From assembly GCA_001724265.1 (NCBI GenBank), contig MEDY01000362.1, positions 1 to 45,957 on the forward strand: 45,957 bases of DNA, given 5' to 3'. Shown here one piece after another: positions 12,501 through 23,600 of the stretch (position 1 is its first letter; each line of letters opens with the position of its first letter). The stretch is from Rhizaria sp. SCN 62-66. Its lineage: Eukaryota. The translations under genes were made by a program, and so were the position numbers. Under the pieces are notes generated by a model that saw only the letters and a program-made list of their open reading frames with translations, was not told the origin of the DNA and made no database searches.

Positions 12501-14445
12501 GCTCGAGGCGCAGAAGACGACGCCGGCCACCACGCCGTCGCTCTTCGCTAAGTTCCTCGACTCGACTGCGACCATCGACTCTCTGGCATCCGCGCTTGCG
12601 GGCAACCTCGGCTCCGCCTCGATCGTGTGCTCTGACGTCCTCTCCCGGCTCGACCCCAACGGCAGCTCTGGAACTGCGGGCTCGGCCAACATGCTGCCTG
12701 TGCTGGGCGCCGGGCTCGAAGTCACTGTCAACGGCACGCTCGACTCACTGCAGACGGAGGCGATGGCGGCGACCACGGCGCCGTTTCCACACCCGCCGCT
12801 GTATAGACACGCGTTCGGCACGCCTGAGTCTGCGAAGCTCAACGCCTACCTCACCGTGGCGTCAAAGATCGCCGACTCGCGGCCAGACAACCTGGCTGAC
12901 GTGCGCGCCACGCTTGACTCGGCTCTGAGCGCGGTGGACACCACCGTGACCAAGATGAATGACTTCGTGGACGGGTATTTCGACGCTCGTGTGACTGTCA
13001 AGCGCGACGTCTACGTGGTCGATGAACAGCGCCTCATCATCGTCGACGTCTTCGTGCTTGCCACTATGCTGTTTATCCTTATCGCGCTCATCACCTGCCT
13101 CAACCGCAAGCATAAGCCGATGATGATGCTGGCAATGCTGCTTTTCGGCATGGCTTTTCTCATCTTCATCATCTCCGTCGTCCACATTGCGCCTGGCATC
13201 CTCGTCTCGGACTTCTGCTACAGTGTGCCAGTGTCGATGACGCGCATCGCCGGCGAGTACGTCTCCCCCTCGACTCTGGCTGGTCTGTCGGCTTTCCTTG
13301 GCGAATCCTCCGCCGAGCCCCTCAGCGTCGAGGAGCTGTACGAGTACTTAGTCGACTGTAAGGGTCCCACCCCCGACGTCATCCAGCAGGTCCAGAACGC
13401 CTCCACTGACAGTGCAAGCATGCAGGAGCAGGCACTGGGCTCTCTGCGCTCCTCCGTCTCGGACACACTCGCCGGCGAGGACATTACCCTGGGCGGCACG
13501 CTTGCCGACGCCTTCAGCGGCATGGACGACCTGTCTGCCCAGATGGTCGCCTCGGCCAAGGCCATCGCGGATGAGATCCGGTGTGAGACCACGCAGGTGT
13601 ACCTCGACCCGCTGATCAATATCTCGCTGTGCCGCGACTTCTCGGGCGCCTTCGCCACCGTCGGGTGCGTGTTGTTCCTCTTCGCGCTGTGTTTGTACCC
13701 CGGTATTGTACTCTCCGTGCTGGCGTTTAAGCGGCTGAACAAGCGCAACGGGCTCGAGTGGGTCCCCAAGGCGCCCAAGGGCAAGTACAAGCAGCACCAC
13801 GCCGTGACTCTCAAGCCCGGCATGCAGGCCGCGCAGCTCAAGGGCTTTACACCCGCCGCCGTGGCCGCCATGTCGACGGCCTTCACAAACCCCATGGCCG
13901 ACAACGGCGGCGACGGCAGCGCGGTGGGCCGGTCCAACTCGGCCAACCAGCCCCTGCAGTCGCGCGGGTCCGCCATCCGTTCGAGCTCCGGCGTCGGCGC
14001 TGGCGCGGGCGCTAATGCCGCCCCGCGCGCGAGCGGCGTCTCGCTCGGCCTGGGCCCCGGGCCGCGGCCTTCGCAGAGCACGGTCGCCGTGGGGGCTGTG
14101 GGGGCCGCGCCGGGGCCGAACGCGCCGTCGTCGCCAGCGAATAAAAACGCGGCGGTGCAGCGCGGGACAGTCTACCAGGTCCCGAACACCCCCTCTCAGC
14201 AGCAGCAGCCGCAACAGCAGCAATCGCAACCGCACACGCCGCAGACGCGCACGCCCTCGGGGTCCTTCTCTCAGTCGCGTTCCATCACGACTCTGTACAC
14301 GCAGACGGCCAGCGGCAACGATATGCGGGCGCGCGTCCAGCCCGGAGCGGGTGCGCCGGGCCCTCAGAGGGCGAACATGGCCGGGACCCCGCGGGCCAGC
14401 ACCAGCGGCGCACCTGGGTCCGCGGTTGAGATGCAGCGCTTTTAA
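9553..14445 (+). CDS. Tweety/prominin-superfamily 5-TM membrane glycoprotein with signal peptide and greatly enlarged first extracellular loop; ~1630 aa
   Basis: Single long ORF with a signal peptide from ATG 9553 (MGFRPWSFVVALAVAVSLAAA). TM1 is followed by a Cys cluster (SCCSFCCARSCCNCC), then TM2, a ~865-aa loop, TM3/TM4 ending in the Tweety-type 'SDFC' motif, a ~145-aa loop, TM5 and a disordered cytosolic tail. Stop TAA. Confidence 0.7.
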   Translation: MGFRPWSFVVALAVAVSLAAATATGSAPPPGVTAPRWEMHSVSTAPNSFLASFSPLLVSVASTLTAPFTTAAATGNTATDASSSLSFADSVAAAAHTKHSRPPRPARSNFAAQAIANNAKTNHAVESGFSLQSIAVSAVTSMASLSASVASTLASTRASYSEPAPLRAKLVTDDINCSAGLCRSGINVLHDSPRPYSNGQTHIPMSLIEMDFSSSDSTNYLTGLAVIGAGIPLLFAILTIISCCSFCCARSCCNCCGQRVATQKYSAKSVFWVKVGLAVWLAAMIVVTVLAVYLNHAMSSGLNATVDAGDATAWHIEALSSSVAAVAEPVRMRADQLAAVDAILTSLPLTAEADEVRTCFSAHSSPVLNAQGTAAVAVRSVPVSAAAQLSGLPQAAAALTPPARAAAALLASRSDLYDTSAGTAAQRFNLASSVLYDVKTYNVLAVVNTTNAAAFFDNAANAALRARIGSAHALTLAASLDAPTTEAPSSGSVRAYSSLITALKNNANVDPNYVQTALAGMSSASPLDKGTCDTVVSKLTAIKALYDAVTAVETNYLGSESSSTWVRATFSPAYTTLWQSADIADKQLSATQTAAVDANTAVKANARAVLIALERLDFSSDATQFPFAAAVVRAVATLRAALMAVDSHATTFTTAISTFNTELTNLHDSSSGATLIDNPLKQGLDTAAAAPAANMAAADCMPDSLGTIQTAAAALGSMPSPLDTTLQPALPALKAQFALAAAWDDALTAFARAVTAAQTALASASASAAASKRNYTQMAASTQAMGIQLNTSSANAVAVDAAAAAATQVVTAARLMLTPTLLAAYNTTYSVLSSALTASTTALSASTALTSVNTYFTDVMTAVTDVRSALTATASHVAATLAAVDCTRAATSGGDGFAGVSSVSLSVLASSTGGLRLLVPFTATGAQTGITKTATALTNFSSAVAQFSSQSPSLSALSDAATAMAPFSADALPASPTSLARDVLEAQKTTPATTPSLFAKFLDSTATIDSLASALAGNLGSASIVCSDVLSRLDPNGSSGTAGSANMLPVLGAGLEVTVNGTLDSLQTEAMAATTAPFPHPPLYRHAFGTPESAKLNAYLTVASKIADSRPDNLADVRATLDSALSAVDTTVTKMNDFVDGYFDARVTVKRDVYVVDEQRLIIVDVFVLATMLFILIALITCLNRKHKPMMMLAMLLFGMAFLIFIISVVHIAPGILVSDFCYSVPVSMTRIAGEYVSPSTLAGLSAFLGESSAEPLSVEELYEYLVDCKGPTPDVIQQVQNASTDSASMQEQALGSLRSSVSDTLAGEDITLGGTLADAFSGMDDLSAQMVASAKAIADEIRCETTQVYLDPLINISLCRDFSGAFATVGCVLFLFALCLYPGIVLSVLAFKRLNKRNGLEWVPKAPKGKYKQHHAVTLKPGMQAAQLKGFTPAAVAAMSTAFTNPMADNGGDGSAVGRSNSANQPLQSRGSAIRSSSGVGAGAGANAAPRASGVSLGLGPGPRPSQSTVAVGAVGAAPGPNAPSSPANKNAAVQRGTVYQVPNTPSQQQQPQQQQSQPHTPQTRTPSGSFSQSRSITTLYTQTASGNDMRARVQPGAGAPGPQRANMAGTPRASTSGAPGSAVEMQRF

Positions 14446-14872
14446 TGTAAAAGGTACACGGAGCGGCGCCGTTGGTATGCTTCTTCTGCTGAGGTCTACT
14501 AACCTCTGTGTTTCATTTTGTTCATTTTTGGAAGAAAACGAGAGTTGGTTTTTGATGCGTGCTACAGCGAGAGCGAGAGCTAGAGCTGGAGAGAGCGCGC
14601 GATAAAGCCAACGGGAAATGCAGGAACAATCGTGAAATAGCAAGAGCGCGAGAGACTGGGGGAACGAGGACTAAAGGCAGTCAGGGCGGTGCTAGCGTAG
14701 CATCGCCCCACCACCCTCAAATTCTGAAGCTTCACCTCGGTCCCGTCTTGACTTGAACTTTGTTTTCTGGCTCAAATTAGAGATGATAGATCGTAGATTT
14801 TATAAGATATGTTTTTTCATTCTTTTTGTATTTGTTTCAATATTTCTTTTCCGCCAATTATCCTCTTTTAAA

Positions 14873-14889
14873 CCCCCCCCCCCCCCCCC
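14873..14889. repeat. C17 homopolymer (G17 on minus strand)
   Basis: Run of 17 C read directly, in the AT-rich region between two convergent genes. Confidence 0.9.
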
Positions 14890-15402
14890 TCTGCTGTACG
14901 TTTTTCGTTATCTTCTCCCTTAATAAACACACCTATCTTTGCTTTTTTTTTAGACACATTCCAAATACAAACGGTTGCAGGTAGCAAGAGGTTCTACGGA
15001 ACACTAGTCGAAACATCAGCTCAGTCCTCACCTTAAACTTCTCTACCACCTTTTCTTTCTTAATGCTAGAAACAATGTGAATGAGTGTTACTTGCTTGAT
15101 TGAGTAACATGTCAGTTTTTTACACTCCATGACGCACAACTTCTTCCGCAAATTGCTACAACACATATTTTGACACTGTTTCCCATGTTTCGTCGATGTA
15201 TTTGACATGATATTCATATTGTCATGAACTCGCGTGTTTGTTGCTTGATATCTATCTTTTTATTCTTGTTTGCATTGTTTTCGAATGCAAATACTTCGTG
15301 TTTTCATTTCGTATATGTAACACACCAAATCGTTTTTCCTATACAAAGGTTCATTATTTTTGGTTCAAACAATCATCACCATTCAACATCGTCAACAAGA
15401 GA

Positions 15403-15424
15403 ACACACACACACACACACACAC
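15403..15424. repeat. (AC)11 microsatellite
   Basis: Read directly from the sequence. Confidence 0.9.
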
Positions 15425-15701
15425 TATCCATACACGTAGTAAGTTATCTAAGCCAACCATGGCGTCAACAGCAATGCCAACGGAAACCAAACATGTCCGC
15501 AAAGCTTCCACTGTAGTCTAGCTTCACTGAGCTTTACGGGCTCTGTTTTTCTGTTCTCTCTGCGACTACAACTCACTACACTCTCTCTCTCAGCCTCAGC
15601 TCATCCACAATCCGTCTCCATGCACAGCAGCAACACACACCTTTATATCGCATCCTTGCTCACTGACTTAGACTGTGTTTAGTTGGACTTGTTTTGCTTG
15701 C

Positions 15702-16550
15702 TTACTTCGACTTGTTGAGCGTCGAGAGATCCTTGCCACGCAGCGACTGCGCGATCTCAGCCCACGCTGCGTCACGGGCGCCGGTGGAGGAGCGGGCGCC
15801 CGAGAGCACTTCACGCGTCTTCTGGATGTAAATCGCCTCGATCTGGTTGCGGAGAGCGAACTCCATGTTCTCCAGCATCGTGCCCATGTTGGCGATGTGA
15901 CCGGTGAACTTATCGGTCCCGCGTACCTTAGTGGTCTGCTGGGTCATGGAGCCCGAGAGGTCGACGTCGCCCGTGGCGGCCTCGGCGAGGTTCATCGAGA
16001 TGATGACCGTGGACGTGAGCGTGTACTCGAACTCACCGGCCGTGGCCGTGGGCGAGACCTTGAAGATGTGGGTCGACTCCCAACGACCCTTACGGAGGGT
16101 CTTGCTGGCCGCGACGTCCTTCTTGACCAGGAACGCGGCGCCGAAGTCGCTTTCGGACTCGGAGGACTCAAAGAAGTACACGGAGGAGATGCCAGTGTCG
16201 TAGTAGAGGTGACGGTAGACGTCGAAGATGCGGTTAGCCTCAACCTCGAGCGCGCGGAGGTTGGCCGGAAGCACGAACCCTTCACCGGCCTCGCCGTCGG
16301 GGAAGTAGAAGGCGTTGGACCAGGGCGAGCGGTACGCGTCGCCGTCGCGGTTGTAGTCGCAGAGGATGAAGTCCTTGCCCGTCTTAGGATCAGTGAGCGT
16401 GAGCAAGGGCTGGTCGACATTGGCCAGGATCTCCTCACTGAGGTCCGGGCAGAGCTCCATGACGCCCGCCAGGGACTTCATCGTCTGCGCCGGGGGCATG
16501 CGGCGCATGAGGTTGTACACGGACGTCAGGCGGTCCTCGTCGGATGACAT
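15702..16550 (-). CDS. CAPZB: F-actin capping protein subunit beta; 282 aa
   Basis: 'LMRRMPP', 'LANVDQPL', 'GKDFILCDYNRDGDAYRSPWSN', 'YYDTGISSVYF', 'LSGSMTQQ', 'HIANMG' and 'IYIQKTREV'. ATG at 16550, stop TAA. Confidence 0.95.
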   Translation of the reverse strand: MSSDEDRLTSVYNLMRRMPPAQTMKSLAGVMELCPDLSEEILANVDQPLLTLTDPKTGKDFILCDYNRDGDAYRSPWSNAFYFPDGEAGEGFVLPANLRALEVEANRIFDVYRHLYYDTGISSVYFFESSESESDFGAAFLVKKDVAASKTLRKGRWESTHIFKVSPTATAGEFEYTLTSTVIISMNLAEAATGDVDLSGSMTQQTTKVRGTDKFTGHIANMGTMLENMEFALRNQIEAIYIQKTREVLSGARSSTGARDAAWAEIAQSLRGKDLSTLNKSK

Positions 16551-17596
16551 GCGGGGAGCGACTGAGCGGGGCGCGATGAGAAGAAGAGAGCACAGGTGGC
16601 GGGGCAAGAGAAGCGGGAGGGGAGGGATGTGGGAGCGAGAAAGGAGAAGACACAGAGTATTACAGAAGGATTAAAGGAGTGTGATTAAGACAAGGAGATA
16701 TATTACATGTTGATAAAACAGAGATGCAAGGCTACAGTTGCATACAGGCATGTGCAGGGACAGGGCAGAGAGCAAGAGAGCGCTGACGAGAGGGTACTCC
16801 AAGCGCGAGTGAGAGCGACGTCGTATCTTTGCCCCCAAACCCAACGGAAGCAACTCGTAGAAATCAACATTAATACCCAGAGAGATCCAGAGTCGTAGAT
16901 TCTAGATTAACCGACACATTAACGTTACATGATCGCAAAAGAGTACAAGATAGCCTCAGAAATCGCCCTCTAGAGGGGGGCGTGCCCACCCCACGACCGA
17001 GGACCGAGCGAGCGAGCGAACGAGCGCCGAGTCAGACTTCGACTGGTGGCAGACAGACAGACCGACACTTAGCCCAGTCCACGCGCCGCCTGCCCACGGT
17101 CACTTGCTCGTCCCAGTGAATCTTGAGGCTGGTTTCGAAAACAGAGGCCAGTGCGACCGGGATAGATTTGGGCGGTGTGGAGTATATTTCACAATGATGT
17201 TGAAGCAGCGGCACATGTGTGGCTGGTCTGTTAGCGCCGTTGACGGTGGTCTTTGCCTCCGTCGAATCGCGTAAACTCCCTTGTTTCGTAACCCACACAA
17301 CGATGGGTTTAGGCGATAATCCCGCTCTGTCCTGGAGCTTCACCTTTCTCACTCATTAGATACCGTTTTGAGTTACACCGCGCTTTTTGTTATTCCATAT
17401 ACGCGTTTTCTGTCCTGCTACTGTTAGTTTACCCCTCTCTTTCTGTGCCTCAAAGCGGGCACTTCAGCCTTGTCGCCTCGCCCCACCCCCCTTCGCTCTC
17501 TTTTCTTGCCCTACTCACCCTTCTCTTCTCTCTTCTTTTTTCTGTCTTGCCCCTCGCCACTGTTTTCTTTATCTCCCACGCAGGGTTGCGCTTAGC

Positions 17597-18908
17597 ATGG
17601 GCGGATCCTGGTCGTTTCTCGGCGGTAACTACGCCCCGAGCGTCCCGATCGGCCTGGACGGGACAGGTATGCTTTTCCCTCCTTCCATCCTCTACATTTA
17701 TCACTCTCTACCGCCCCACACTCTCAACAAATCCGACGCAAACATTGAGCTTTGTATTGCACATCTATTCTTACAGATCTCAGTCAAATTTCGCTTTATT
17801 CAGCCTTCATCTCACTCCATTGCATCCCTTCCCTATGTCCCCTCGCTCGTAACTTGTTTGTCCTCTTTTCTTCGCTTCTTCTCTCCCCTACCTGCTCATC
17901 TGCTTTGCGCTTTGTCCTCCTCACCCAGCGACGCCGGCCGCGTCCGACGCAGTGCTGGTCGAGGCGCTGGACTCGGTTCTGAGCCACAAGCAAAAGGTCT
18001 TCTCCGTCATGTCCGAGTATAAGGGCGTCGAGTCTGAGATGCGTGCCGCCATCCAGAACCCGTGCGAGGAGACCGAGCTCACAGCCTTCTTCAAGCTGCT
18101 GGCCAACGTCGACGCCATCTCGATTATCTACAACTATTCCCTCGCCCTCGAGCAGGTTCTGCCCCCCGCACTGGACGCTCTGGCTACCGTAGCCCGCGCC
18201 TCGGCCGGTAAGCGGGGCACGGCGCTCGAGGCCGACCTGGCCACCAAGGCCGCGCTCAGCAGCCGCCTGGTGGAGCTCTTCGGCTTCGTGCTCAGCTTCG
18301 ATACGATGCGCATGATGCGGCCGCTCGTCACCAACGATTTCTCCTACTACCGCCGGCTGCTGCCCAAGTACGCCTCGCACGCGCAGACGCAGGCGCTGAT
18401 CAAAGTCCATCCCGACGACACCTACGCCATGTCTAAGTTCACCGCCGTCACGTCGCCCATGCTTGAGGCCGTCATTTCGGCCGCCAAGGCTGCGTTGGCC
18501 AACACGGCCCTCCCGCTCGCCGCGCTGCCCTCGTTCGGCGGCGACGGCACAAACCACGGCGCGGGCATCGGCGGCGGCACTGCCGTGTGCGATGTGCTGG
18601 CCGTCGTCGCCAACTCCTGCCTCGCCTGGGTCAAGGCCGAGGCCAAGCGCGCGGGCGCCAGCGGCGTCGAGCGGTCCGAGCGCGCCCGCGAGGTGGGCCG
18701 CGCTATGGTCGTCGCCATGACCGTTTACGACCATGTGGCGCCGCTGGGGGCGTTTTCGCGCAAGACGCAGGTCCGCGCCAAGGAGGTGATCCAGTGCGCA
18801 CAGAGGGACTTCCCCAGCGATAAGATCCTTCTCACGACGCTCAAGTTCGCCACCAAGACGCACTCGTCCGCGCCCTCGGACATCCAGCGCATGCTCGAGT
18901 CCGCCTAA
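17597..18908 (+). CDS. CYRI: CYRI/FAM49 (CYFIP-related Rac1 interactor); exons 17597-17666, 17929-18908; 349 aa
   Basis: N-terminal MG (possible myristoylation). 'EYKGVESEMRAAIQNP' and 'FVLSFDTMRMMRPLVTNDFSYYRR', the latter with the Rac-binding RR pair. 'TLKFATKT' near the C-terminus. Phase-1 intron 17667-17928 (gtatgc...cag). Stop TAA. Confidence 0.9.
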
Positions 18909-19297
18909 GGCAGGGGCTTAGTACGTATCAAGCCAGCGTCTGCCGTGTCGTGCCGTGTCGTGGATGCGTAAATATAATGTTTATGTGTGGGTGCAATGTT
19001 CTGCGTTCAATAGGACTTATTTTTATGTATAATAATCTTTATAACGCATAAGCACGTATGTTTGATGACTCAGCGGAGGCTATAGTGATAGTTATAGTTT
19101 CTGGTTGTGTGTTGTTTTTGTGCCAAGGTTCCGAGGCAGAGGATGCCTGGGGCTCGGGTCATTGAACAAAAGCACAACTAAACTGAGCATATTGACCGAC
19201 ATTTTGACTGGATGATGTTCTTGGTTGTGAACGAGAGAGATCGATGCAGTTTATGTACAGATTACACCTAGTCGATGCTTTGACACTCACGGTCACT

Positions 19298-19301
<4 letters not shown>

Positions 19302-19340
<39 letters not shown>
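19302..19340. repeat. (CA)~19 microsatellite
   Basis: Read directly from the sequence. Confidence 0.9.
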
Positions 19341-19344
<4 letters not shown>

Positions 19345-20357
19345 GCGCAGATACGCAGACACCGCTGTTATGATAAGAACACAAAAGTAGCAAAAGATGG
19401 TTTTAGTAGTAAGATTTTCGATTAGTTTTTTTCATATAATTCATCAAAAAAAGGAACAAAAAAGAAGTCGTATGACGTTTATATTGCCCAGTTTTAGTTT
19501 TCATTTTTTTTCAGTGAGGAAAGTCTATTATAAGTATCAGTGCCAATCAAGGAACGTTTTGAGCGTCGTTGTCATGACAAACATGTTGTCGTTTGTCGTT
19601 GTTCTCTAAAATTAGCGTGCTCACTTACTTAGCTTACCTAAACGCGCTTGTGCTTATTTACTTGCTTGCTGTTCGCCACTTTGTCGTGGCAACCTTGTCA
19701 GTACAACAATACAAAACAATACGTTATTTCATACACATTGATACACACTGATGTCATACACATGGATGTTTCCTTACTGACGATGATCAGCGAACAGCAC
19801 CGGTTAAGATTGCATATGACGTGAGACCAGTGTAACTGCGCAAAAGCAGATAGCAAGGTAAACTATCAGATGTATGTTTGATGTTTGTTTTAAGACAGAA
19901 AGTGGCTAATGTTAAACGGTGGGAAACTGGTTTGGAGACTCGAGAGTTTTAACGATGCTACATTGAGCGTTGTCGCTTGAGTTCGATGATCGCAGATGTT
20001 AGTTTTGGTATGATATGGAGAAAAGTACGGGATTACAGAGCGTTTGAGGCACAGAAAAGCAAATTACAAGTGATATTAAGTCGCAAAGTTGTGTCAAGAT
20101 AGATATCAAATTTAAGGACAAATGCGAAACCGCGGAGATACAAACCACAGATGTTGAAATGACGCTAGTGTCGTAGAATTGGACGGGTGAATATAAGAAA
20201 ACAGTGCACAGGAGTCGTTGTGGCAGTGATGTAATATGATAGTATCTGTGGCAATGGCATTGTGTGTCTCGAGCAGAGTTGCGTGTGGGGTTGTTCTAGT
20301 GGGGCTGTTGTTGAGAATAACGTGCTTTAATAGTCAATCCATCTACAGATCGCAAAG

Positions 20358-20596
20358 TTAAGCCGCAATATCACTTGCCTCAGTCTCAGCTGCCTCAGCC
20401 TCAGGCCCAGGCTCAGAGTTGGAGCTTTCAGCCACAGACACGGTCACAACAACCGCAGTCGCCGTCTCAGTCGCATCGGGGGTAGACTTGGCCCCAACCT
20501 CAGGTTTCGACACAGATGCAGATGCAGTCACGGGCTCAGGCTCAGGCTCAGGCCCAGAAGCAGCGGCAACATCAGTGTCTTTGTCATTGCTGTTGC

Positions 20597-20628
<32 letters not shown>

Positions 20629-23600
20629 CTGCTGGCATTCTCAATGTGATTCACGCTGGGATTCTCACCAGGACTGTCACTGGGACCAAGGCTAGCGCGG
20701 GCGCCGCCCGGCTGCCGTAGCTTCGACGGCGCCCTCACGGCACTGGTGCCGCTGCCACTTACACTTACATTGACACTTCCACTTCCACTGCCACTTAGAC
20801 TTGCACTGTCACTTACACTTGCACTGCTGCCACTGCCACTGCTATTGGTGCTGGAATTGCTACCCCTGCTGCTGCTGCTGCTGCTGCCACTGAGGGAGCT
20901 GCGGCGGCTGGCAGGCCGACTGGCGGCAGCAGCGCCTCCGGAGCCAGTAGCCTTACTAGCTATGGTCTTAGTGACAGCAGGCGCGGCGGCGGTGGCGGTC
21001 GCTCCAGCACCAGTGGCAGACACCAACCGCGGCCCCGTAGCAAGTGTGCCGTCACGAGTACTGGCACGCGCGCTGCTTGCACTTAAGGTGGCGCTCGCGA
21101 CGGCGGCGGCGCTCGCACGGGCCCTGGTGAGGGGGCCGTTGGCCGCAGCGCCGCCTGAGACAACACCCACGCTCCCAGTGGTAGAGGTAGTCTTACTGAT
21201 GATGCTGTTGTTGTTGTTGATGTTGGTGTTATTGCTGGGTGATAAAGCCAGGGCAAACGACTTGAACGACACCGATACTGACGACGCCGCCGACGGCTGC
21301 GTGGTACTGTGACTCGCACTCGTCTTGCTCGCAGCAGGACTGATTGCAGACGCAGATGCCCTGGCATTTGCAGTGTGATTCGCAGTGTGAGAAGGTGCGG
21401 GTGACAGCGACCGGGGCAGCGGCAAGCGTGACGGCGTGGTCGACCGAGCCGAAGCGGTGCTTACACCGGCTGAGGAGGTACTCACATTGCTGCTGCCGTC
21501 TGCTGAAACCATACGTTTGTTTCCCCCCGTAACACTCGCACTCGAATTGGTCTTGGTAGTGCTGCCGCCGCCGCTGCTGATGCTGTTGCCGCTGAGACTA
21601 GTCCGCCTACTGCCAGCGCTGGCAGTGCTTGTGCTAGTGCTAGAGAGTTTACCACCAGCGCCAGTGCCAGCGCCAGCGCCACTGTGAGTGAGTTTAGCAT
21701 CAGCGCCGCCAGTCAAGCTCGTGCGTCGGCTGCCAGCGCCACCGAGACTCGTGCGAGTGTTGGCGCTAGACTTGGCTACAGTGCTAGTGCCAGCGCCCGC
21801 GGCTGTCACCACCCGCGCTCCGCCAGCGGCGCCCGAGCCCACGCGGCTTACACTCCCGCCGCCGCCGGTGCCAGCGGCGGCACCCATGCCAGTGCGAGTT
21901 ATACTGCTACTGCGGCTGCTGCTGGCCGCGACACCGGTGCGCGTGATGCTGTTGCTGCGGCTGCCGGCCCCGCCCCCGCCAGCGAACGCACTGCCGCCGC
22001 CACCGCCACTGCCGCTGCCGCTGCGGGAGGCTGAGGTTGAGGCTGAGCAGGCGCCCGGGCCAGGGCCGAGGATACTGAGTGTGCGGGCATCGGCGCTGCT
22101 GCTCGAACTCAACGCAGCCACAGCTGCGTTCGTGGCGGCGTTCGAGCTATGGTTACCGCCACCGCCGCCGCCACCACCGATCACGATGCTATAGTGACTA
22201 CTGGGGTGACCGACGTTGGCAGTGCCCGTGTCGTTCAGGTTGAGGGCGGCGCAGAGGCCGCCGGTGCGGCGACTGGGGCTGGGGCTGGAGGAGACGCGTG
22301 GACTGGCGGTACTCATGGGGGCACGCCTGGGGGTACTGGAGCCGGTGCTCATGCCAGGACCAGTACTCGTTACGGAACTCGTGGTGGTCCCAGTAGTCCT
22401 CGTGCGCAGACTGGGGCTAGGGCTCGCAGCTGCGGCGGTGGCCGCCGAGCGCGCGTTTGAAGTGCGTAGACTGGGACTGGGGCTGGAGCTGGGACGAGCG
22501 AGAGTGTTGCCGCGCAGACTGGGACTCGGACTGCGAAGGCCCGTGCCAGCGCCAGCGCCAGCGCCAGTACGAGTGCGGAGGCTGGGACTGGGGCTGGGGC
22601 CACGACTGGTCGAACCAGTGGTCCCGGCAGTGCCCATGCCGGTACTCGGGACTGGACTCATGGTGGTGGGGGCGCGCGTACGCGTGGGCGTCGCAGCCCT
22701 CGCACTGGCGCCACTTGCGGTACTTACACTGGTACTTACACTGGCACCGCCGGTGCTGGTGACTGTGCGCAGTGGCGTGCGCGCCGCAGTGCCCATCCCA
22801 GTCCCTGTGAGTGGGGTACCTGTGACACTGCCGCGGCTGCTGCTGTTGCTGCGGACAGGAGTGGTACTCCGGACAGGAGTGGTGCTGCGCACCGGCGTTG
22901 TGCTGCGGGCCGCCGCTGCCGCCACATTTGCACTGCCATTGCGCACTGGCGTTGCGCTGCGCTGAGTAGCGGTGCTGCCAGTCCTCGAGAGGGGACCCGT
23001 GTTCGCGCGAGTGCTGCTGTTACTACGGCTGTTGACCCCAGTGGCAGTGGCAGTGGCTGTCGCAGTGATGCGGCTGCGGGCCGGGGAGGGCGAAGGGAGC
23101 CGCGACGTTGGCGTGCGCACCGAGGTACTTAGACCTGGCGCGGTATTTACATTCGCAGCTGTGGAAGTGGCGCCACCGAGACTCGTGCGCCTCGATGCCG
23201 GCTTAACTCCAGCAGCAGCAGCAGCAGTGGCTGCCGCGGCGGCGGCGGCGGACGGGGTCGGGGCACGGGCCGGGAGGCCGAGGCCGCCGGCGCCAGAGAG
23301 CCTCCTGTTGTACCCTGCACCGGAGGCGGCGGCGTTGGCGTCGGCGCCGAACACACTGGCCACACCACCACCACCACCGCCGCTGCTGTTGTTGTTGTTG
23401 AAGAGTGACGTCGGCGACAGGAGCGTGTTCAGGGTGGTGTTGATGCGACTGTTGCGGGATAAGGGAGTCGCCGATTCGTTAGCGCCAGCGCCAATGCCAG
23501 TGCTCGTGCTGGGATTGCCGAGGCTGAGCCGTGCGGGTGCGCCCAACGAGCGTCGCAACAGCTGCGCGGCCCCGGCGGCTGTCACGGCGGCTGTGGCGGA

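Noticed and set aside
14933-15516. Short AT-rich ORFs between the Tweety-like gene and CAPZB (also 32-286, 9183-9365, 19397-19609, 39574-39948)
   Set aside because: No motifs, intergenic or UTR-like composition, and they include microsatellites; treated as chance ORFs.
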